The notes under the pieces: generated by a model | Told to the model about the DNA's origin: nothing | Database searches by the model: none | The model's input: the letters and a program-made list of their open reading frames with translations, nothing else | Part shown: in pieces, positions 41,662 to 53,987 of the stretch | Layout: each line of letters begins with the position of its first letter | How positions within the stretch are numbered: position 1 is the first letter of the stretch | Assembly: GCA_018304385.1 (NCBI GenBank) | Contig: JAGVWJ010000015.1 | Span: 1 to 57,724 of the forward strand | From: Candidatus Micrarchaeota archaeon | GTDB lineage: Archaea; Micrarchaeota; Micrarchaeia; Anstonellales; Bilamarchaeaceae | Reading direction: 5' to 3' | DNA: 57,724 bases | Position numbers and translations under genes: made by a program

Positions 41662-44103
41662 TTATAGTGCTTTGTTCTCCCCATTTTCTTTATGCACAAC
41701 TGCAAAGCTAGCTACTTTTTCTTTTGATTCATCTAATTTGATTACACGAACACCTTGTGTATTTCTTCCAATAACTGAGATATCTTTTACTGGAACACGA
41801 ATTGCCTGCCCCCCAGTAGTCATGAGAATAATTTCATCATTATCCTCCACTGCATGTACTGCAACAACATTGCCATTACGACCTTCTGTTTTAATATTAA
41901 TTACACCGCTTCCGCCACGACCTTGCGGACGATACTCATCTATATGCGTTCTCTTTCCATATCCATTTTCTGTAATTGTTAATATTGTTGGCTTTTTACA
42001 AATCGCTAAACTAATTACTTCATCTTTTTCATCCATGCGAATACCGATTACACCTTGGCCTGTTCTACCTAGCTCGCGTGTTTCTTCTTCGCTAAAGCGT
42101 ATTGCCTGACCAAATTTGGTTGCAATAAGCACTGTTTGCTTGCCATCTGTTTTCGCAACATCAACCAGCTGATCTTTATCCTTAAGCGTAATAGCAATTA
42201 CACCATTTTTTCTAGGATTGTTAAAGTTTGATAAACTCGTGCGTTTAACTATTCCGTTTTTTGTAGCCATGACTAAGAATTCATCCTCTTTGAACTCTGG
42301 TACGCTTATCCAAGATGTGATCTTCTCTTCCTTTAGATCAAGCAGGTTAACAATTGTCTTGCCTGTTGCATACCTGCCTGCCTCTGGAATCTGATATGCC
42401 TTAAGCCAGAATACGCGTCCGTAATCAGTAAAGAACAGCATGTGATTATGATTCTTAGTAACAACCAGATCATTAACAAAATCTTCCTCTTTGGTTTCTG
42501 CACCAATCACTCCCTTTCCACCGCGGTGTTGCGCGTGGTATTCATTTAATGAAATACGTTTGATATAGCCACGTTGCGTGATAATAACTACTACTTCATC
42601 ATTTGGTATCAGCTCTTCAATTGTTATTTCGTTTTCAATATCTAATATTGCTGTGCGTCTTGCATCGCCATATTTTTGTTTTATTTCAAGTAGCTCGTCC
42701 TTAATTATTTTTAATATCTTATTAATATCTGCGAGAACTTCCTTAAGCCATACAATTGTTTTTTGCAATTCCTTATGCTCATCTTCTATTTTCTGGCGCT
42801 CTAATGCAATCAATCTTTGCAGTTTCATATCTAATATTGCGTTTGCTTGTTTTTCGCTTAATGTATATTTAGCAATTAATCCTGCACGCGCTTCAGCTAC
42901 ATCCTTGCTTGCTTTTAAGAATGTGACAATACTATCTATTTGACCTAATGCCTTAAGCAACCCTTCCAGTATATGCGAACGTTCTTCTGCAATTTTTAAT
43001 TCAAATATGCTTCGCTTTCGCACAATCTCTTTTCTAAATTCTATGAATTCAGTTATCATACTCTGTAAGCCTAATACCTTTGGCTCTTTTCCAACTAAAA
43101 CAAGATTAATTATACCAAATGTACTTTCCAAAGGTGTGTGCGCATAAAGTTGGTTTAGCACCACTTCAGGATTTGCATCGCGCGACAGTTCGATTACTAC
43201 TTCAATTCCTTCGCGATCACTGCGATCATGTACGCCCCGCACGCCCTCAATGCGCTTATCACGAACTGCATTTGCTATTGCCTCGATTATTGTGGTTTTT
43301 ATTACCTGGTATGGAATTTCTCTTATGATTATTGCATGTCTCTTGGTGTCTGTTTCGCATTTTCCGCGAATCTTTATTATTCCACGGCCAGTTTTATATG
43401 CAGCATAAATGCCCGCGCGCCCAACGATCTCACCACCAGTTGGAAAATCTGGACCTTTAACAATACTAAATAGCTGCTCTTCACTTGCGCCATCTATTAC
43501 GGCAATTAATCCATCAACAATTTCGTTTAGATTATGTGGCGGCATATTAGTTGCCATACCAACTGCAATGCCTGAGCTTCCGTTTATTAAGAGATTTGGC
43601 ACCTTACTTGGAAGCACAACTGGCTCTTTTAGCGTTCCGTCAAAATTTGGTGTAAAATCAACTGTTTCTTTATCAATATCCTGGAGCATTTCTTCTGCAA
43701 TTTTCATTAGCCTGCATTCTGTATATCGCATTGCTGCTGCATTGTCTGCATCGATTGACCCAAAATTTCCTTGTCCATCCACAAGCATATAACGCAATGA
43801 AAATGATTGGGCCATCCTAACAAGTGAATCATAAACTGCCTGATCCCCATGTGGATGATATTTACCTAGAATTTCACCGACTATTCTTGCGCATTTTTTA
43901 AATGGTTTATCGTGATAGTTCGCAAGCTCTTTCATTGCAAAAAGAATTCTTCTATGCACTGGCTTTAATCCATCTCGCAGATCAGGTATTGCTCGCCCAA
44001 CGATTACGCTCATTGCATAGTCAAGATAGCTTTCTTTTAGGTCTTGTTCGATTGTTCTTTCAACGATTGTTTCTGGCATAGATACACCTAAATAAGTAGT
44101 CAT
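41662..44103 (-). CDS. gyrA: DNA gyrase subunit A
   Basis: [23 protein letters not shown], the catalytic Tyr region (AAMRYTE) and a C-terminal beta-pinwheel over the full length. Alternative start at ATG 44079. Confidence 0.97.
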   Translation of the reverse strand: MTTYLGVSMPETIVERTIEQDLKESYLDYAMSVIVGRAIPDLRDGLKPVHRRILFAMKELANYHDKPFKKCARIVGEILGKYHPHGDQAVYDSLVRMAQSFSLRYMLVDGQGNFGSIDADNAAAMRYTECRLMKIAEEMLQDIDKETVDFTPNFDGTLKEPVVLPSKVPNLLINGSSGIAVGMATNMPPHNLNEIVDGLIAVIDGASEEQLFSIVKGPDFPTGGEIVGRAGIYAAYKTGRGIIKIRGKCETDTKRHAIIIREIPYQVIKTTIIEAIANAVRDKRIEGVRGVHDRSDREGIEVVIELSRDANPEVVLNQLYAHTPLESTFGIINLVLVGKEPKVLGLQSMITEFIEFRKEIVRKRSIFELKIAEERSHILEGLLKALGQIDSIVTFLKASKDVAEARAGLIAKYTLSEKQANAILDMKLQRLIALERQKIEDEHKELQKTIVWLKEVLADINKILKIIKDELLEIKQKYGDARRTAILDIENEITIEELIPNDEVVVIITQRGYIKRISLNEYHAQHRGGKGVIGAETKEEDFVNDLVVTKNHNHMLFFTDYGRVFWLKAYQIPEAGRYATGKTIVNLLDLKEEKITSWISVPEFKEDEFLVMATKNGIVKRTSLSNFNNPRKNGVIAITLKDKDQLVDVAKTDGKQTVLIATKFGQAIRFSEEETRELGRTGQGVIGIRMDEKDEVISLAICKKPTILTITENGYGKRTHIDEYRPQGRGGSGVINIKTEGRNGNVVAVHAVEDNDEIILMTTGGQAIRVPVKDISVIGRNTQGVRVIKLDESKEKVASFAVVHKENGENKAL

Positions 44104-44168
44104 TCCATATTCATAAAATTGATAATATTATTATGCAAAAAAGGGCTTAAAAGGGTATGTGTTTGATG

Positions 44169-44204
44169 CCTGCAATGAGCCTTGAGCAATGGGCAGTGAG
44201 CAAG
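44169..44204 (+). repeat. heptad-periodic array R7
   Basis: ctgcaat gagcctt gagcaat gggcagt gagcaag closely resembles the 5' end of 31009..31821 in sense orientation. It abuts the stop of 44206..44880 on the opposite strand. Confidence 0.7.
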
Positions 44205-44205
44205 A

Positions 44206-44880
44206 CTAAACCCGCTTAAACACCAAACCATACATATCATGATTATCATCAATCTTTTCTATGACCAAATCTACAAAAACAAGACCAGTAGAACGAAAGA
44301 TGCGAATAAGTTCATCGAGCCCATTAAGCTTGGTTTTACCCACTGTATTCGCAATCATTTTCTTAACATCTCTTGGCATATGCTTGCTTCCATTAATTAA
44401 AAGAGGAAATTCCTCTAGTGATATGAGCGTACCTTCTGGAACCAAAACTCTTCGAAATTCTTGCGCCACTCTTTCTTTATCAGTAAACCAGTGGAATGTA
44501 TAGGAACAAAAAACCGTGCCTATTGTTGCGCTAGCCAATCGTACATCTTCGGCGTCAAATGTTGTTAATAATGTGCCACTATTTCTAAGTTTTATTCTTG
44601 CATGTGCTAGCATACCGTCTGAAAAATCATTCCCTATCAGCAATCGTGCATCAGCGCCAAACATGTCCAATAGCATCTTCAGTGCTTCACCAGTGCCGCA
44701 TGTTGGATCCAAAATCCGGCCATTGAAATAACTACGCAACTGGCGCATTATTTTTTGCATTGTCACGTAATGATTCGTTGCACGCATATGCTGATCGTAG
44801 TTTTTAGAAAAGTATTTGTCATAAAGTCTTTTGATGTTCTCTTGATCAGGGCTACAAACCCTTTTTCTTACCAAATGCAT
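44206..44880 (-). CDS. class I SAM-dependent methyltransferase
   Basis: ILDPTCGTGEALKML..GNDFSDGMLAHARIKL..VLVPEGTLISLEEF. Confidence 0.75.
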   Translation of the reverse strand: MHLVRKRVCSPDQENIKRLYDKYFSKNYDQHMRATNHYVTMQKIMRQLRSYFNGRILDPTCGTGEALKMLLDMFGADARLLIGNDFSDGMLAHARIKLRNSGTLLTTFDAEDVRLASATIGTVFCSYTFHWFTDKERVAQEFRRVLVPEGTLISLEEFPLLINGSKHMPRDVKKMIANTVGKTKLNGLDELIRIFRSTGLVFVDLVIEKIDDNHDMYGLVFKRV

Positions 44881-44928
44881 GTATAGATTATGTTTATTTA
44901 TGGATAATATAGTTTTTCATTAAAAAAC

Positions 44929-44975
44929 TTGACAAAATAAAAAAATATTTAAAGTTTTTTATTTAAAGTTAGAAT
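44929..44975 (+). promoter_or_regulatory. promoter block conserved with 436..479
   Basis: See 436..479. Confidence 0.4.
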
Positions 44976-45959
44976 ATGATTATAGATGAAAAAGACAAAA
45001 AGATTCTTTATTATCTTGATGAAGATGCATTTCAGCCATTTTCTGCAATAGCAAAGAAAACAAGATTATCAAAACAAGTAGTGGCATACAGAATAGAAGA
45101 ACTTAAACGAAAAGGAATTCTCATAAAAACATGCGCCATAGTAAATCTAGCCAAGCTAGGTTACGAATTCTTTAAATTTTATATAAAGTATGAAGCTATA
45201 ACAAAAGAAAAAGAAACAGAGGTACTAAGAAAATTAGATGCGCACCCTAGAGTAGGGTATATGTGTGTATGCGATGGGCGATTCGATCTTTTTATTGGTG
45301 TCTGGGCAACAGATATTCATGATTTATATTCAATAAGTAAAGAAATTTTCAATAGATATAAAACAAATTTCAAGGAAATAGTGGTATCTGCAGTGGAAGT
45401 TGCATTCAACTCAAAGAGGGGCTATCTTATCAATCTAGAAACCAAAGGAGAGGCACCGTTATTTGGGGGCAAGGTTGGTAAAATAGAATTGGATAATACG
45501 GATAAATCAATAATTCGCCTGCTTACAGAGGACGCGAGAATAAAATATGTTGATATCGCACAAAAAACTGGGATTACCCCTGCTGCAGTAGCATACCGTA
45601 TAAAAAATATGAAAAAGAACGGGATAATAGAAGGGGCAAGAATTGTTCTGGATAAATCAAAAATAGGATATTTGACATTTAAGGTGCTAATTAAGACCGG
45701 GCCAGTGGATGAAAAAGATGTTGGTAGGTTCATAAAATACGCTTCAGAAGATAAAAACATTGTAGACATTGATCTTACCCTTGGAGATTGGGATATTGAA
45801 TTAGACATAGAAGTAGAGAACCACGAGAAGTTTCATCAAATAATGCTCGAACTAAGAACAGCATTCCCAAATGTAATACATAGCTACGACAGTCTTTTGG
45901 TTTTTAGAGAGCATACTTACGATTATTTCCCGATTGGTAAGGAAACTAAAGGCATTTAA
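44976..45959 (+). CDS. Lrp/AsnC-like tandem winged-helix regulator (complete form)
   Basis: Two HTH modules (KKILYYLDEDAFQPFSAIAKKTRLSKQVVAYRIEELKRKGIL and KSIIRLLTEDARIKYVDIAQKTGITPAAVAYRIKNMKKNGII), each followed by an effector-like domain. Confidence 0.8.
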   Translation: MIIDEKDKKILYYLDEDAFQPFSAIAKKTRLSKQVVAYRIEELKRKGILIKTCAIVNLAKLGYEFFKFYIKYEAITKEKETEVLRKLDAHPRVGYMCVCDGRFDLFIGVWATDIHDLYSISKEIFNRYKTNFKEIVVSAVEVAFNSKRGYLINLETKGEAPLFGGKVGKIELDNTDKSIIRLLTEDARIKYVDIAQKTGITPAAVAYRIKNMKKNGIIEGARIVLDKSKIGYLTFKVLIKTGPVDEKDVGRFIKYASEDKNIVDIDLTLGDWDIELDIEVENHEKFHQIMLELRTAFPNVIHSYDSLLVFREHTYDYFPIGKETKGI

Positions 45960-45983
45960 AATAATTTACAATAAACTGATATC

Positions 45984-46892
45984 ATGAATATACTAGTAAC
46001 TGGTGGCGCAGGCTTCATTGGAAGTCACATTGCTGATAAACTAATCGAAAAAAGCGAAGATGTCACGATTATTGATAATCTCAGCAACGGCAATCTAAAA
46101 AATGTAAATAAAAAAGCGCGTTTTATTAAAAAGGATATAAATAACATTGCTGCTGGAGATTTAAAAAATATTGAAACTGTTTTTCATCTTGCTGCAGATC
46201 CTGAAGTAAGAATAAGCGCAGATAACCCTGAAAGTAGTTTTAAAAATAATGTAACTGCTACTTTTCGCTTATTAGAGGCATGTAGACAAGCAGACATTAA
46301 ACAGTTGGTGTTCACTTCTACATCAACAGTTTATGGTGATGCTATTGTCCCAACCCCAGAGGGATGTCCTTGCGAACCAATAAGCAATTATGGCGCAAGC
46401 AAACTAGCCTGTGAGGGGTATTGTGCAAGCTATGCTCATTCTTATGGTATAAAAACAACTGTTCTGCGCTATGCAAATATATTTGGAGAACGCTCTAACC
46501 ACGGGGTTATGTATGATTTTTTCCAAAAATTAAAAAAGAACGAAAAAGAACTGGAAATTCTTGGAAATGGAAAACAAGAGAAATCATATTTGCATGTTTC
46601 TGATTGTGTAAATGCGACATTGCTTGCGAGCGAAAAGCAAAATAAGATTTATGATGTCTTTAATGTTGGAAGCGATGATAAGTATAATGTTGATTATGTT
46701 GCGAAATTAGTTTGTAAATTGCTTAAGGTTAATCCTAAATTTAGATACACTGGAACTGAACGCGGTTGGGTTGGAGATGTTAAAATAATGCAGCTTTCAG
46801 TTAACAAACTGAAAAAATTAGGTTGGAAACAAAAAATTAGTTTTGAGGAAGGGGTTAAAAAATATATTAATTGGCTCAAGGCCCAAGGCTGA
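45984..46892 (+). CDS. NAD-dependent nucleotide-sugar epimerase/dehydratase (SDR)
   Basis: ILVTGGAGFIGSH, YGASK (YxxxK), extended-SDR length. Confidence 0.9.
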   Translation: MNILVTGGAGFIGSHIADKLIEKSEDVTIIDNLSNGNLKNVNKKARFIKKDINNIAAGDLKNIETVFHLAADPEVRISADNPESSFKNNVTATFRLLEACRQADIKQLVFTSTSTVYGDAIVPTPEGCPCEPISNYGASKLACEGYCASYAHSYGIKTTVLRYANIFGERSNHGVMYDFFQKLKKNEKELEILGNGKQEKSYLHVSDCVNATLLASEKQNKIYDVFNVGSDDKYNVDYVAKLVCKLLKVNPKFRYTGTERGWVGDVKIMQLSVNKLKKLGWKQKISFEEGVKKYINWLKAQG

Positions 46893-46906
46893 CGGCTCAC
46901 TGCTTC
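46872..46906 (-). repeat. heptad-periodic array R8 spanning two convergent stop codons
   Basis: Minus sense reads aagcagt gagccgt cagcctt gggcctt gagccaa. It covers the last codons and stops of the epimerase (46890..46892) and the nitrilase-like gene (46897..46899). Confidence 0.7.
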
Positions 46907-47679
46907 GTTATATCATCCCTTATCTTATAAACCTCATTAGCCCTTTTTAGTATATCTAAATTAACATCTACAACTATCATCTTTTCCTTATTGTGATTTA
47001 ACCTGGCAATTGCGCCTTTTATTGGGACTACAACTTGGGAGTGCCCAATTAATTCATCATTTTTTGCTCGCTTGCCCGCAGCATTAGCATATGCTATTAC
47101 TAACTCATTCTCCAAAGCACGCGCATGACAAAGGGCATTTATATTATTTTTTTCAATTTCAAAATTACTTATGCCTGCAGAGCTCCAATAACTGGGGCAA
47201 TAAACTATTTGTACTCGTTTTTTTGCCATTGTCCTGAATATTAACGGGTTTACAAGGTCCCAACAAATTGCTATGCTTACTTTTCCATATTTTGTATTAA
47301 ATGCAATAACATCCTGGCCAGAATTTACATGTTCTCTTTCAGAAAGCCAAAGGTTTATTTTTCTATATCTCGCAATAGTTCGACCGTTTGCATCTATATA
47401 ATAGCACGTGTTGTAATTATTTCCATTTGTTTCTATAAAAGAACCAGTAACAATATCAATTTTATATTTTTTTGCTAGATTTTGAAAGAATCGCTTGTGC
47501 TTACCATTGCGATCAATTAGATCTGATCTATTGCGAACACTGCCTGTTAAACAGTCCTCTGGAAAAACAATTACATGTACTTTTTTTGCCTTTGCACTTT
47601 TGATAAACAGCTCTATCTTTTTCCTATTCTTTTCAGGTTGCTGTTGTGCAATCTCCATTTGAACTAATGCTAATTTCAT
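46897..47679 (-). CDS. carbon-nitrogen hydrolase (nitrilase superfamily)
   Basis: Glu-Lys-Cys triad contexts VIVFPE, YRKINLW, IAICWD. Confidence 0.85.
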   Translation of the reverse strand: MKLALVQMEIAQQQPEKNRKKIELFIKSAKAKKVHVIVFPEDCLTGSVRNRSDLIDRNGKHKRFFQNLAKKYKIDIVTGSFIETNGNNYNTCYYIDANGRTIARYRKINLWLSEREHVNSGQDVIAFNTKYGKVSIAICWDLVNPLIFRTMAKKRVQIVYCPSYWSSAGISNFEIEKNNINALCHARALENELVIAYANAAGKRAKNDELIGHSQVVVPIKGAIARLNHNKEKMIVVDVNLDILKRANEVYKIRDDITKQ

Positions 47680-47741
47680 GGTAAATACCAGACATGTGCA
47701 GATTTATAAGGAAACTGGTTTTTTCATCTTGTACACAAATG

Positions 47742-48638
47742 CTAACTTATAAAATTTGGGATAAACCAAACTTTTGTATCTCTAAATGCAGCTTGATCAT
47801 CTCCTTTATCTTTAAATAAAGAACTTGCGGCCAATGTTCCGCAATTTTGCATGCCAGCACGTATACAGCAAATCTGCAAACCAGGAACATCTGCGCGCGC
47901 TTCTGCATAAATTATTGGATTAATATCCTGGTTAGCTATTTCAACAACATGGCGAGCCATCAATGGGACAAGTAAAAGACCGTCTTTTTTACTAACAACA
48001 TTAACAAAATCAAAAAATGTAAGTGGAGTACGATACTCTAAATTAAAGGAGGCTCTATCTGCCATAAATACTGCGGTTAGTTCTTCGCCTTCGTAAGCAG
48101 CCATAACTATGTGACCTTGAGGCATTTCCCTGATTGCTGACGGATTAATATCAACTGGATAAACATCAAACATAGACGCAAATAATACTGAAAACTTTTC
48201 TGCTGTTTCATCATTCATTTCTTTTATTTGCATTATTTTATATTGAGTTGTTTGTCTTTCTAATTCCTCTCTAGCCATAGGATCTGATCTTTTCCTGGAT
48301 ATGCTAACTATACTCCTCAGTCCCTCATTTGAAGCTCTTTGTGGTTTATTATAACTCACATAAGCAACCCAACAACCTGAAATAATATGACTTATTGGGA
48401 ATGCAGCCTCGATGTGAATGCCTCCCATGTTGCGATTAACCATTTGTACTAATACTGCCATTGGAATAACAGCTCTTATAGAAACGCGTGTAACTTCAGG
48501 GTGCGAACTTTGTTCTCTTATGCTATCCAACAAAGGCCCTACTTTTTTATTTCGAACTATCCAAGGATAAAAACCCTTAATTCGCCTGTTTTTTTCATCA
48601 TAAACCGGCGGCCAAACTAATGCTTGTCTTTGTGCCAT
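47742..48638 (-). CDS. hypothetical protein
   Basis: 298 aa ORF. The C-terminal half is vaguely acyltransferase-like but no diagnostic motif was found. Confidence 0.4.
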   Translation of the reverse strand: MAQRQALVWPPVYDEKNRRIKGFYPWIVRNKKVGPLLDSIREQSSHPEVTRVSIRAVIPMAVLVQMVNRNMGGIHIEAAFPISHIISGCWVAYVSYNKPQRASNEGLRSIVSISRKRSDPMAREELERQTTQYKIMQIKEMNDETAEKFSVLFASMFDVYPVDINPSAIREMPQGHIVMAAYEGEELTAVFMADRASFNLEYRTPLTFFDFVNVVSKKDGLLLVPLMARHVVEIANQDINPIIYAEARADVPGLQICCIRAGMQNCGTLAASSLFKDKGDDQAAFRDTKVWFIPNFIS

Positions 48639-48663
48639 AAAATCAGACCATGAATATGATTAA

Positions 48664-49209
48664 TCAAACACTTTTTAAAACTAATTCAAGAATAAGCTCG
48701 TATTTGTTAAATCCACTTTCAATATCAATATGGCCTGCGTTTTTTTCAATAATAAAGTCTGCATTTAAATTTTCAGCGAGTTTTTGACCTTCTGAAATTG
48801 GCAAGTATGGGTCATTATCACTTGAGATTACAGTAAATCTTTTACTATTCCTTCTTATTTTATCCCAATTAAATGGAGTTTTAAAAAAATCTAATATAAT
48901 TTTAACTCCGAAGCTTTGCGTGAAACCAGCAACTAATATCGTGGCAATAATTTTTTTCTGATCTTTTAAGTTCTCTAAAAATCTTAAAGCAGCAATTGTA
49001 CCGAGACTATGGCCAACAATAACTAAATCACGATTAACTTCAATTGTTTGGTTTATTTTTTCAAGCCATTTAACTTGATTTGGAAGGGTGTTGTTTGGCA
49101 AATCTGGACAATAAACAGTAATACCTTTTGCTTCGAGTTCTTTTTTTAGCCAAGGAAACCAATTGTCTTTGCTATCACTATTCAAACCATGCAAAATTAG
49201 AACTTGCAT
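48664..49209 (-). CDS. small alpha/beta serine hydrolase (YdeN/RBBP9-like)
   Basis: VIVGHSLGT, SSDNDPY, NAGHI in a protein of about 180 aa. Confidence 0.7.
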   Translation of the reverse strand: MQVLILHGLNSDSKDNWFPWLKKELEAKGITVYCPDLPNNTLPNQVKWLEKINQTIEVNRDLVIVGHSLGTIAALRFLENLKDQKKIIATILVAGFTQSFGVKIILDFFKTPFNWDKIRRNSKRFTVISSDNDPYLPISEGQKLAENLNADFIIEKNAGHIDIESGFNKYELILELVLKSV

Positions 49210-49223
49210 AAATCACACCTAAT

Positions 49224-51155
<1,932 letters not shown>

Positions 51156-51202
51156 TTATCGTCGATAGATATATTGTATGAAGGGGTTTAAATTAGTATG
51201 TT

Positions 51203-52108
51203 CTACGCGTGCAAAGCAGCTGGTTGGATGGGCACTACAGAAATGTTATCAATGCCTGTTTGTAAAAGAAGTGACCTAAAACTTCTACTATTAGAATGAT
51301 TTTCACCTACATTCAGAATCCCAATATCAAATGATTCTCTAACTACACAATAAGCAAGGTATATCTCTCGATACATTCCTATTATGTCCACCATAGGGTT
51401 AAGTAATGCACTAAAGGCAAGTGGGTTGCCTGTTTCAGCTGCTGCGGTCAATCTATCTAAATCTGTAGTATCTATGCCTTGAGTAGGACAAACATTTGTA
51501 TTAAAATTTTGCAAAAAGAAATCATTCGCAGTTTTGAATGCCATTCTTATTCTCTCAATTATTGCATCATCCCGAGCGTTTTTCAGTACTCGATCAATTA
51601 ATGCTTTAAAAGAAGGGGGGATACCACAAATAGAATCCATGTCTCCCAATATTGTGTTGAGCTCTTCAACCTCTACTTCTAATCCAACTCCCCTAGCTAA
51701 AGCAAGCGTATGGAAAATCTCTGTTCTCTCGAAATTTTGAATTGCAATAAACTCATGAATGCCATAGTTATCTCCAGGCTCAATCTGTGCACCTGAATAA
51801 AGTTTAATAAATTCATATACAAATAAACGGGATTGCTCATCATCTCTTTTAAGAGCATCCATAAATGCATTATACCATGAAAGTGAATAAAGTAAGGTAA
51901 GTTTTACAGCAGGAAGCATTTCCTCTGCCTCAGTCTCACAGACTTGGAAGCCTAGTTTCCCGCTCTCTTTTGCAACATCGTTTGTAGCAGTTCCTTCCAC
52001 AAATAGCTTTACATCGCCTTGCCTTGATAATAGTCTTGCTAACTGTGCTGCCTCTTGCCTTCTGCTCTGAGAGTGCCTTTCAGGGATAAAAATAAGGGTT
52101 TTTGCCAT
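51203..52108 (-). CDS. hypothetical protein, possibly ChaN/Tiki-superfamily-like
   Basis: N-terminal IFIPERHSQS..KLFVEG and C-terminal ILNVGENHSNS echo the layout noted for 29055..29873. Weak. Confidence 0.35.
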   Translation of the reverse strand: MAKTLIFIPERHSQSRRQEAAQLARLLSRQGDVKLFVEGTATNDVAKESGKLGFQVCETEAEEMLPAVKLTLLYSLSWYNAFMDALKRDDEQSRLFVYEFIKLYSGAQIEPGDNYGIHEFIAIQNFERTEIFHTLALARGVGLEVEVEELNTILGDMDSICGIPPSFKALIDRVLKNARDDAIIERIRMAFKTANDFFLQNFNTNVCPTQGIDTTDLDRLTAAAETGNPLAFSALLNPMVDIIGMYREIYLAYCVVRESFDIGILNVGENHSNSRSFRSLLLQTGIDNISVVPIQPAALHA

Positions 52109-52192
52109 ATTTATTTATGTTAGGTAGGGTTTAAAAATGTTACTTTTTATGGAAAGAAAGGTTTATAAGGAGAACTACACAAAGTTGTAAAT

Positions 52193-53032
52193 ATGAAGAA
52201 ATTAATGACACCACTAGCCGAAGCACCATATCGCAAGTTCAGAAAGCCTATTGTCGGATTAGCTCTTGGTGCAGCAGCATTGGCAACTGTATTTATGCTA
52301 TTTAAAGGTAAAGAACCAATGACAGAGCAAATGCAAAGTGCTCAAACGCAACCTCAAGCTAGAGATAATTTAGAACAAACTGTTTTGCCAAAAAAACACA
52401 GGAAACCCTCAAAGAAAATTGGATTTTTAGATAGGTTAAAAGCTGCTAATGAAAAAGGAAAGGAAGAGGAATTAGTTAGAAGAACAAATGAGCTATTAGA
52501 CGGAAGTGAGGATACGTTGCATCGTAAAATAGAATCATTTGATTTTTATTTAGACAGGTACAATAAGGATCAACAAAATATTAGAATAATAGAAGTAACC
52601 TTGAGAATTACGCACGGAAGCAGTAATAGCGATCTTATAGAATCAAATAGTGACTCAATATATTTTCTGGTTGGAGAGATTTTCAGAGGTTCTGAAGGCG
52701 TCCCAGACCATTTACGTGCATCAAGGGGCGAATTATTTATAAACGCGGAAGTGGTTCGTAGTTTAATAGCTGAGTTAGATCCACAAAATCTTGCCTTAGC
52801 AGATCTAAGATTACGCGCTTCAGAGCTTCTCCAAGAAATGGAAGGCTGCATGAGTGACTTAGAAGGGTTAGTAGATAGTATTGGGGAACAATTAACTGAT
52901 TTAAGAAGATTAGAGCTCATAACAAGAAAGATATGTAAGGGAAAAGATTACAGTGAAGAAGTAATAAATCCATTATATGTAGATGCATTAGCAGGGGTAG
53001 AAGAACGAGGACGTGGATTGGGTATAAATTAA
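52193..53032 (+). CDS. membrane-anchored hypothetical protein
   Basis: Single N-terminal TM (IVGLALGAAALATVFMLF). The rest is unassigned. Confidence 0.45.
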   Translation: MKKLMTPLAEAPYRKFRKPIVGLALGAAALATVFMLFKGKEPMTEQMQSAQTQPQARDNLEQTVLPKKHRKPSKKIGFLDRLKAANEKGKEEELVRRTNELLDGSEDTLHRKIESFDFYLDRYNKDQQNIRIIEVTLRITHGSSNSDLIESNSDSIYFLVGEIFRGSEGVPDHLRASRGELFINAEVVRSLIAELDPQNLALADLRLRASELLQEMEGCMSDLEGLVDSIGEQLTDLRRLELITRKICKGKDYSEEVINPLYVDALAGVEERGRGLGIN

Positions 53033-53057
53033 AATGCACCAGTTAAATTTAATCCTA

Positions 53058-53987
53058 CTAGAAAGATTGTAAGGGTTTAGATTGGTTTTTATTTAAGCGT
53101 TCTAAAACCTCTTTTCCCTGCATTATGATTTCTTTTACAAGGGGCAAATTATGGTATGATACTGATTCAACATTAAGAGAGATAGGTACAGAAATATTAT
53201 TTTCTAGCACAAAAGAAACAATATCCGAAAAGAGCTCTTTTGCAAGTTCAATAGAAGCATATCCAATGTTGCTACTGTTCCTTAATCTAGATTCTATAGC
53301 TTCAGGAACGTGCGCGCCCAACCATTTCAAAAGATATAAATCCTGCTCATCGTATACAGGAGCAAAGCTTAGGAAAAATACTGCTGGTTTTATCCTCAAG
53401 CTTTTGCATAAGAAGTCATATATTTTAAGCGTCTGTTTAATTTTTTCAGTTTGTAGTATAATCTGCGTAGTGAAAAAAGAGCAATTATTTGAGGTTTTTA
53501 CTATTAGTTTTTCAAACTCATTTTTTCTATCAGGAATAGCTATATTTCCAACAATAAAACCAAGGTTTTTTGCGAGCGAGTTTGCATCGATAACACCTGG
53601 ACCATTATAAGAAATAGCGCTGCTATTCCCTCCTACAAAAACCAAGTGTCTGAGTTTGTATATCCCAATTGCATCTTTAAGCCAGCTATTGAGATCAGTG
53701 AGAGATTTAAGATGTACTGTAACCTTGTTGACTATTATCTCCTTTCTAGTTTTCTCATATAGAATAGAACCAAAAATACGCGGATCTAGGTTTTTGTATA
53801 ATGGCATTCCAGTTCTATTTTCTTCAATTATTTCAGGAATATTTATGAAATCAACACAATTAACTTGATCGATTAATTCTGATATATTAGTTGTAACTTT
53901 TGACAAATATTCAGCAGAGGTCCTTCTGGCAGGGGGAGTAACTTCTAACATTATCTTGTTTTCAAGCAATTTAAACACCTGCAGCAC
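53058..53987 (-). CDS. methylenetetrahydrofolate reductase-like protein
   Basis: LEVTPPA near the N-terminus and FFTTQIILQ, as in the MTHFR family (E..PP, FxxTQ). It overlaps the upstream MetE-like gene by 17 nt. Confidence 0.5.
   Translation of the reverse strand: MLQVFKLLENKIMLEVTPPARRTSAEYLSKVTTNISELIDQVNCVDFINIPEIIEENRTGMPLYKNLDPRIFGSILYEKTRKEIIVNKVTVHLKSLTDLNSWLKDAIGIYKLRHLVFVGGNSSAISYNGPGVIDANSLAKNLGFIVGNIAIPDRKNEFEKLIVKTSNNCSFFTTQIILQTEKIKQTLKIYDFLCKSLRIKPAVFFLSFAPVYDEQDLYLLKWLGAHVPEAIESRLRNSSNIGYASIELAKELFSDIVSFVLENNISVPISLNVESVSYHNLPLVKEIIMQGKEVLERLNKNQSKPLQSF

Noticed and set aside
9209-46906. Heptad arrays as integron attC sites, CRISPR repeats or G-quadruplexes
   Set aside because: There are no RYYYAAC/GTTRRRY core sites and, except in R3, no imperfect-palindrome architecture. 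There is no regular repeat-spacer organisation. At most two GGG runs occur per array.
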